Made by a program: the position numbers and the translations under genes. Shown here one piece after another: positions 61,201 to 64,000 of a DNA stretch of 64,000 bases (position 1 is the first letter of the stretch; each line of letters starts with the position of its first letter). Below the pieces are notes generated by a model. It saw nothing but the letters and a program-made list of their open reading frames with translations. It was not told the DNA's origin and made no database searches. This stretch comes from Octopus vulgaris (Eukaryota): the NCBI GenBank assembly GCA_951406725.2, contig OX597826.1:70308001-70372000 (forward strand). The letters run 5' to 3'.

Positions 61201-62655
61201 TTTCCTTCTTTGTTCAAACCTCATTATCTTTACTACAGTTCTTTCTTCACTAAATTAGCGAATCCTTGTGTGACATAGACATGTTTTGTATTATATGCAA
61301 ATGAATATACGTTTCTCTTTGTGATTTAATTAAGATCTTCTTAATGGAGTTCAAGCTGGTCCCTAACGAACTGATGGGATCTTTTGAATTAAGGCAATTC
61401 CTGAAGTTTGTAAATGTGTGGTTGAGTTTGTGTGTGCGTATGTGTAAAGGGTATGCACTTGCAGTTATAGTCTGTGTGTTTGTGTCTCTATAGTACTTCG
61501 ATGTCTGCGTACAAGAGTGTGCATGTGTGTGTGTGAGTGTGTGTCTGAAAGAGAGAGAGAGAGCAAGAGAGTGTATAGATTGATAGACAATCAGAGAAAG
61601 CATGTATAATCAACATTTCCTGTCTATTTTTGCAGACAAATGTATATGGGACCCAGACCCCTGTATTGGTCACCAATGTCCACACTACAAAGTGTGTAAA
61701 GCTTCTGATGTGTCTGGGCCACAGTGTGCCTGCCCAGAGGGCAAGACTGGGCTGTACTGTGACAAGGACTTACCCCCAGACTGTGCTCAACATGGATGTT
61801 ATCATGGTACGTGCTATCTTATTCTGGTCGCTCTTCTACAATCACACCACAAAGTCCCCACCACCACCACCCACCCACCCACATACACATCATCATCATC
61901 ACCATCATCATACATCATTATTTCAACATTCCATTTTTTCATGTTTCCATGGATCAAACGAAATTTACCAAAGCAGACTTTCTACAGCCAAATGCTCACC
62001 TTGTCCCCATGTGTGTGTGTGTGTGTATGTACATAGGAGGCGCAATGGCCCAGTGGTTAGGGCAGCGGACTCGCGGTCATAGGATCGCGGTTTCGATTCC
62101 CAGACCGGGCGTTGTGAGTGTTTATTGAGCGAAAACACCTAAAAGCTCCACGAGGCTCCGGCAGGGGATGGTGGTGATCCCTGCTGTACTCTTTCACCAC
62201 AACTTTCTCTCACTCTTACTTCCTGTTTCTGTTGTACCTGTATTTCAAGGGGCCAGCCTTGTCACTCATTGTGTCACGCTGAATATCCCCCGAGAACTAC
62301 GTTAAGGGTGCACGTGTCTGTGGAGTGCTCAGCCACTTACACATTAATTTCACGAGCAGGCTGTTCCGTTGATTCGGTTCAACCGGAATCCTCGTCGTCA
62401 TAACCGACGGAGTGCTTCCATCCATAGTAGTGTATGTACACAAGTTTCTAATGTGCTACAGTTGTTCACGATTGTTGTTTATTTTTTGCAGATAATAAAC
62501 CTTTAACATTTGCTGGCCGTAGCTTTGCTCGATGGACGTTGGTGGACAAACACGGCTTTGAAAACAGATTAAGTGTTTCATTGAGGATAAAGACTCACCA
62601 GAAAAATGCCAACCTCATGTTTGCTAGTGGTTCTGTGGATTATAGTATTCTTGAG
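7505..62655 (+). CDS. FAT1: Fat-like giant cadherin (FAT1/2/3 co-orthologue, Drosophila kugelei/fat2 type), internal multi-exon portion; both ends outside the window
   Basis: 24 exons with AG/GT boundaries join in one open frame (8432 nt). Repeated cadherin motifs (xE, LDRE/LDYE, DxNDNxP, AxDxD) are followed by [13 protein letters not shown], a Cys-rich EGF-like region and a LamG start ending DYSILE, as I recall in vertebrate FAT1/3 rather than FAT4. The symbol denotes the subfamily, not 1:1 orthology. Confidence 0.93.
9201..9248 (+). pseudogene. Degraded LINE reverse-transcriptase fragment
   Basis: [16 protein letters not shown] resembles the CR1/Jockey-type LDISKAFDKVWH motif; flanks are disrupted. 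Confidence 0.4.
9891..10300 (-). mobile_element. SINE family 1, full-length antisense copy
   Basis: reverse complement of 4252..4650. Confidence 0.85.
10952..11400. mobile_element. Foldback element between (TA)n tracts with inverted arms of about 135 bp
   Basis: 10952..11085 is the reverse complement of 11175..11310 with scattered mismatches. Confidence 0.8.
12514..12830 (+). mobile_element. tRNA-derived SINE family 2, tail type A (also 34716..35015, 47078..47402)
   Basis: head with TGGCCCAGTGG A box and GTTTCGATTCC B box; shared body and tail. Confidence 0.85.
13700..14163 (-). mobile_element. SINE family 1 copy with tandemly duplicated head
   Basis: 14036..14095 repeated at 14098..14157. 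Confidence 0.85.
16056..16117 (+). CDS. Fat-like exon B (62 nt): [21 protein letters not shown]
   Basis: ctttcag|GT ... ACG|gtgaga; phase 1-0 fits neighbours. Confidence 0.92.
16501..16804 (+). mobile_element. SINE family 2, tail type B
   Basis: same head and body; different sequence after ACTTTCTCTCACTCTT. Confidence 0.8.
18347..18649 (+). CDS. Fat-like exon C (303 nt): VTVKDNG...NFEFI
   Basis: gaccag|GTC ... ATT|gtgagt; DENDHAP motif. Confidence 0.95.
18929..19135 (-). mobile_element. Tc1/mariner transposon 3' remnant
   Basis: minus-strand [26 protein letters not shown] resembles the mariner transposase C-terminus (GIxxLxxRWxKCxxxxGDYVEK); TIR-like end near 18929..18957. Confidence 0.7.
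20512..20725 (+). CDS. Fat-like exon D (214 nt): VKATDHG...WYSIE
   Basis: ttccag|GTA ... GAGG|gtaagt. Confidence 0.95.
21073..21212 (+). CDS. Fat-like exon E (140 nt): DGNEDHTF...QDFAW
   Basis: ttacag|AT ... TGG|gtaagt. Confidence 0.95.
21750..22190. repeat. Degenerate minisatellite of about 20-bp period with core CCATTCCTCCAA
   Basis: core recurs many times. Confidence 0.85.
22377..22584 (+). CDS. Fat-like exon F (208 nt): [13 protein letters not shown]...IDSET
   Basis: tcgcag|CTT ... ACTG|gttagt. Confidence 0.95.
23533..23808 (+). CDS. Fat-like exon G (276 nt): [12 protein letters not shown]...YSILS
   Basis: ttgtag|GT ... TCAG|gtagcc. Confidence 0.95.
24969..26464 (+). CDS. Fat-like exon H (1496 nt), about 5 cadherin repeats
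   Basis: acgcag|GG ... CAG|gtaaat; lies in ORF 24947..26476. Confidence 0.97.
26733..27123 (-). mobile_element. SINE family 1 copy
   Basis: matches family 1 over its length. Confidence 0.85.
27777..27954 (+). CDS. Fat-like exon I (178 nt): ISAVDKD...EAADN
   Basis: tcacag|ATT ... AATG|gtaagt. Confidence 0.95.
28084..28375 (+). mobile_element. SINE family 2 variant, tail type C (also 46533..46845, 49268..49568)
   Basis: related head TGGCCTAGTGG...GTTCGAATCTC; tail ends GCTCGAGAAGGAACAA. Confidence 0.8.
29788..30009 (+). CDS. Fat-like exon J (222 nt): GEIQQ...EFTVDFNT
   Basis: ttccag|GT ... ACAG|gtaaga. Confidence 0.95.
30489..30524 (-). ncRNA. Minimal hammerhead ribozyme motif (Penelope-type)
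   Basis: TTTT-CTGATGA-C-GGAC tagt GTCC-GAAA-TG-TC-AAAA. Confidence 0.65.
31849..32441 (-). mobile_element. Retrozyme/Penelope-type non-autonomous element: 529-bp monomer plus 64-bp terminal direct repeat, containing the HHR
   Basis: 31849..31912 repeats at 32378..32441 with 1 mismatch; abuts a (TA)n tract. Confidence 0.75.
32021..32084 (-). ncRNA. Type I hammerhead ribozyme with intact core
   Basis: minus strand CCATG-CTGACGA-GATTA(...TATCC ttgc GGATA...)TAATC-GAAA-C tgatct G-TA^CATGG; all three stems pair; GUA cleavage triplet. Confidence 0.88.
32498..32518 (+). CDS. Candidate alternative microexon mA (21 nt, phase 1-1); gives [15 protein letters not shown]
   Basis: branch-like CTTAAC 32466..32471, polypyrimidine tract, cacag|ACATGGAAGTTCTAGGCCCGT|gtaagt, GCATG at 32554. 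Confidence 0.8.
33355..33375 (+). CDS. Candidate alternative microexon mB (21 nt, phase 1-1); gives [15 protein letters not shown]
   Basis: tccctgtccctgcactcaacag|AAGGAAAAACCAGCATTGCCG|gtaaag; TGC just upstream of the acceptor; TGCATG at 33407. Confidence 0.62.
33539..33710. mobile_element. MITE of about 172 bp with TIRs of about 27 bp
   Basis: ggatctttatcttttgacctacagat ... atctgtcggtcaaaaggtaaaagatcc; caaacta duplicated at 33532..33538 and 33711..33717. Confidence 0.75.
35322..36138. repeat. (CA/TACA)n compound microsatellite, about 820 bp
   Basis: direct reading. Confidence 0.95.
36518..36730. repeat. 78-bp tandem repeat, about 2.7 copies, just upstream of exon K
   Basis: units start at 36518, 36596 and 36674. 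Confidence 0.85.
36798..36919 (+). CDS. Fat-like exon K (122 nt): [12 protein letters not shown]...SINIM
   Basis: ttgcag|GC ... ATG|gtatgg. Confidence 0.95.
37550..38150 (-). mobile_element. (GAT)n-tailed non-LTR retroelement family 4 (other copies 1241..1380, 1530..1790, 8250..8410, 13045..13640, 19375..19620, 34160..34295, 40985..41245, 46255..46465, 48730..48985)
   Basis: shared GGCGTTAGGAAGGGCATCCAGCTGTAGA...AACCCATGCTAGCATGGAAAGCGGAC 3' region, variably 5'-truncated. Confidence 0.8.
38274..39096 (+). CDS. Fat-like exon L (823 nt): DVNDCNP...IDADT
   Basis: cattag|GAT ... ACAG|gtaagt. Confidence 0.96.
39728..39764 (-). ncRNA. Minimal hammerhead-like motif with variant core (CTGTAGA)
   Basis: CTTT-CTGTAGA-A-GAAAT tca ATTTC-GAAA-CG-TA-AAAG. 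Confidence 0.55.
40075..40283 (+). CDS. Fat-like exon M (209 nt): [12 protein letters not shown]...TSIVQ
   Basis: aaacag|GA ... CAG|gtgaga. Confidence 0.95.
40686..40830 (+). CDS. Fat-like exon N (145 nt): VKALDPDEG...SIREK
   Basis: atccag|GTA ... AAAG|gtaagt. Confidence 0.95.
41486..42555 (+). CDS. Fat-like exon O (1070 nt): ANQVYQFFV...DPICSK
   Basis: ttccag|CA ... AAG|gtaata. Confidence 0.96.
43316..43475 (+). CDS. Fat-like exon P (160 nt): [10 protein letters not shown]...MGVHT
   Basis: acacag|ATG ... ACAG|gtaggt. Confidence 0.93.
44588..44821 (+). CDS. Fat-like exon Q (234 nt): [12 protein letters not shown]...TDQDA
   Basis: ttacag|GT ... GCTG|gtaagt. Confidence 0.95.
46045..46193 (+). 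CDS. Fat-like exon R (149 nt): GVSKEIKF...IAYDK
   Basis: ctgtag|GT ... AAG|gtaagt. Confidence 0.94.
46869..47481 (-). mobile_element. tRNA-headed SINE-like element carrying a hammerhead motif (46925..46970), interrupted by another SINE
   Basis: Pol III A and B boxes at 47407..47480, (AAT)n spacer, HHR, (AATGTAAAT)n tail; TGACATTT duplicated at 46861..46868 and 47482..47489. Confidence 0.72.
47593..47827 (+). CDS. Fat-like exon S (235 nt): GFPRMSST...IDKTT
   Basis: ttgcag|GGA ... ACAG|gtacgt. Confidence 0.95.
47854..48190. repeat. (ACT/ACC)n compound microsatellite
   Basis: direct reading. Confidence 0.9.
49783..50135 (+). CDS. Fat-like exon T (353 nt): [12 protein letters not shown]...LDREK
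   Basis: ttttag|GC ... AAA|gtaagt. Confidence 0.95.
50490..50633 (+). CDS. Fat-like exon U (144 nt): ISSYNLEV...SVAVQ
   Basis: tttcag|ATT ... CAG|gtaaga. Confidence 0.95.
50695..51224 (-). repeat. Tandem dimer of about 263 bp, each unit with a degenerate hammerhead-like motif
   Basis: units start 50695 and 50958; CTGATGA at 50840..50846 and 51101..51107 on the minus strand. Confidence 0.7.
52186..52592 (-). mobile_element. SINE family 1 copy (further copies or fragments at 1..82, 6900..7060, 12850..13010, 20885..21040, 50160..50390, 62693..63131)
   Basis: matches family 1. Confidence 0.85.
52960..53217. mobile_element. Foldback element between (TA)n tracts with inverted arms of about 80 bp; second, collapsed copy at 26563..26712
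   Basis: 52960..53039 pairs with 53051..53130; the unique tail matches 26563..26670 in reverse. Confidence 0.8.
54402..54628. mobile_element. MITE-like repeat with TTTAGCATT...AATGCTAAA termini and TTAA-like flanks (second copy about 19830..20070)
   Basis: short TIRs; fragments recur near 9570, 14240, 37460 and 51650. Confidence 0.55.
55915..56457. repeat. (ATT/ATC)n microsatellite, about 540 bp
   Basis: direct reading. Confidence 0.95.
56697..56711 (+). CDS. Candidate alternative microexon mD (15 nt, phase 0-0); gives VAVQ-KNSLV-EDRP
   Basis: ttttctatttcatattcag|AAAAACTCTTTGGTC|gtaagt; TGCATG at 56733. Confidence 0.68.
58651..59130. mobile_element. SINE family 3 copy with an inverted family 3 copy (58790..59021) nested inside it
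   Basis: 12-bp duplication AAATTAAGTACC at 58778..58789 and 59022..59033. Confidence 0.85.
59537..59924 (+). mobile_element. SINE family 2, tail type D (also 62035..62424)
   Basis: two near-identical copies of about 390 bp ending GGAGTGCTTCCATCCA. Confidence 0.85.
60143..61181 (+). CDS. Fat-like exon V (1039 nt): last cadherin repeats, linker with RRKR, start of Cys-rich region
   Basis: tttcag|GAG ... GATA|gtaagt; overlaps ORF 60197..61258. Confidence 0.96.
61636..61806 (+). CDS. Fat-like exon W (171 nt): EGF-like domain (DPCIGHQC...[12 protein letters not shown])
   Basis: ttgcag|AC ... CATG|gtacgt; EGF-type Cys spacing. Confidence 0.94.
62492..62655 (+). CDS. Fat-like exon X (164 nt): start of laminin-G domain (PLTFAGRSF...DYSILE)
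   Basis: ttgcag|AT ... GAG|gtaaat. Confidence 0.94.
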
Positions 62656-63176
62656 GTAAATGACTTCTTTTTTTTTTCATCCTTTTTTTTTATCTTTTAC
62701 TTGTTTCAGTCAGCGACTATGGCCATACTGGAGCACTGCCTTGAAAAGTTTGGTCAAGCAAATCAACCCCAGTATTTTTTTCCTTTTTTTTTTTTGAGTT
62801 TGGTTCTTATTTCGGTCATCTTTTGCTGAACTGCCAAGTCATAGAGCTGTAAACAAGCCAGCACCAACTGTCGGGCACTTGTGGTGGGTTGGGTGACAAA
62901 CAAGAACACAAAGACACATGTGTATTAACACACACACGCATACATTCATATACATATATATGACAGGCTTCCACCTAGTTTCCATCTACCAAATTCTTTC
63001 ACAAGGCATTTGTCAGCCTTTTGCTATAATAGAAGCTATTTATTTGCACAAGATACTACCAAGTGGGACTGAACTTGAAATTACTTGGTTACAAAGTTAC
63101 AAAGCAAGCTTCTTGACCACACAGCCATGCCTTCATCATTAATCAGAATTTGTAATTAGTGACTAATGTTATGGGG

Positions 63177-63232
<56 letters not shown>

Positions 63233-63634
63233 TAATGGAACATCCCTCCCACATGACAAGTGGTATGTGCTAGTCATTATGAATACTGTGATGTAGGAAG
63301 TTGAGAAGTCAGCAAAGTTGGTCATAGATAGTCATGTCTAACTGCACAGCTATACTAGAGTGGATGTTATAACAGTCTGACATTGAATTACAACAACTAT
63401 TGCTTGACTTTAACCACTTGAGCAAGTCCCTTAGTGGTTGACAATATGTACATCTCTGATCACGAGCAGGAGTAACTGGGATGCTTCATAGCCATATGTT
63501 GAGGGATTCTTTGAGGTTTGAATAAACGTAACAAAAGCAAAGTTTGAAGGAAATACTAGCCATTTTACATACTTTCTAGGAATAAGTAAATAGGAAATAA
63601 CAGTTGCTACCGAAGGACGGTGTAATTAGTGTTA

Positions 63635-63848
63635 TACTCTTTTACTTGTTTCAGTCATTTGACTGCGGCCATGCTGGAGCACCACCTTTAATCGAGCAAC
63701 TCGACCCCAGGACTTATTCTTTGTAAGCCCAGTACTTATTCTATCGGTCTCTTTTGCCGAACCGCTAAGTGACGGGGACATAAAGACACCAGCATCGGTT
63801 GTCAAGCAATGCTAGAGGGACAAACACAGACACACAAACACACACACG

Positions 63849-63894
<46 letters not shown>

Positions 63895-64000
63895 CATATA
63901 TATATATACGACGGGCTTCTTTCAGTTTCCGTCTATCAAATCCACTCACAAGGCTTTGGTCGGCCCGAGGCTATAGTAGAAGACACTTGCCCCAAGGTGC
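63635..64000 (-). mobile_element. SINE family 1 copy running off the window end
   Basis: matches family 1. Confidence 0.85.

Noticed and set aside
7505-62655. Alternative identity as clustered protocadherin, Dachsous, Flamingo or FAT4
   Set aside because: Too many repeats in one spliced frame for a protocadherin or Flamingo; EGF/LamG excludes Dachsous; C-terminal motifs fit FAT1/3-kugelei better than FAT4, to be confirmed by phylogeny.

Overview
AT-rich, microsatellite- and SINE-dense animal genomic DNA; the repeat landscape looks like Octopus (inference). The window lies inside one + strand gene, a giant Fat-like cadherin of the FAT1/2/3 - Drosophila kugelei/fat2 group. I assembled 24 GT-AG coding exons (7505..62655, 8432 nt, about 2810 aa) with consistent phases. 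They encode roughly 23 cadherin repeats, a linker with an RRKR furin-type site, an EGF-like region and the start of a laminin-G domain; both gene ends lie outside the window. Two layers not resolved by the ORF track stand out. (1) In-frame candidate microexons with downstream (T)GCATG Rbfox motifs: two 21-nt exons (32498..32518 and 33355..33375) whose joint inclusion creates a TAA stop across their junction, implying mutual exclusion, plus a 15-nt exon (56697..56711). (2) Several hammerhead-ribozyme (HHR) elements in the introns, with every complete-topology copy antisense to the gene: an intact type I HHR in a 529-bp monomer plus 64-bp terminal repeat (retrozyme-like) just upstream of the first microexon, a tRNA-headed SINE carrying an HHR, a tandem dimer, and foldback elements retaining HHR halves. 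Almost all other listed ORFs are microsatellite or SINE artefacts. All calls were made by eye without tools; repeat boundaries are approximate.
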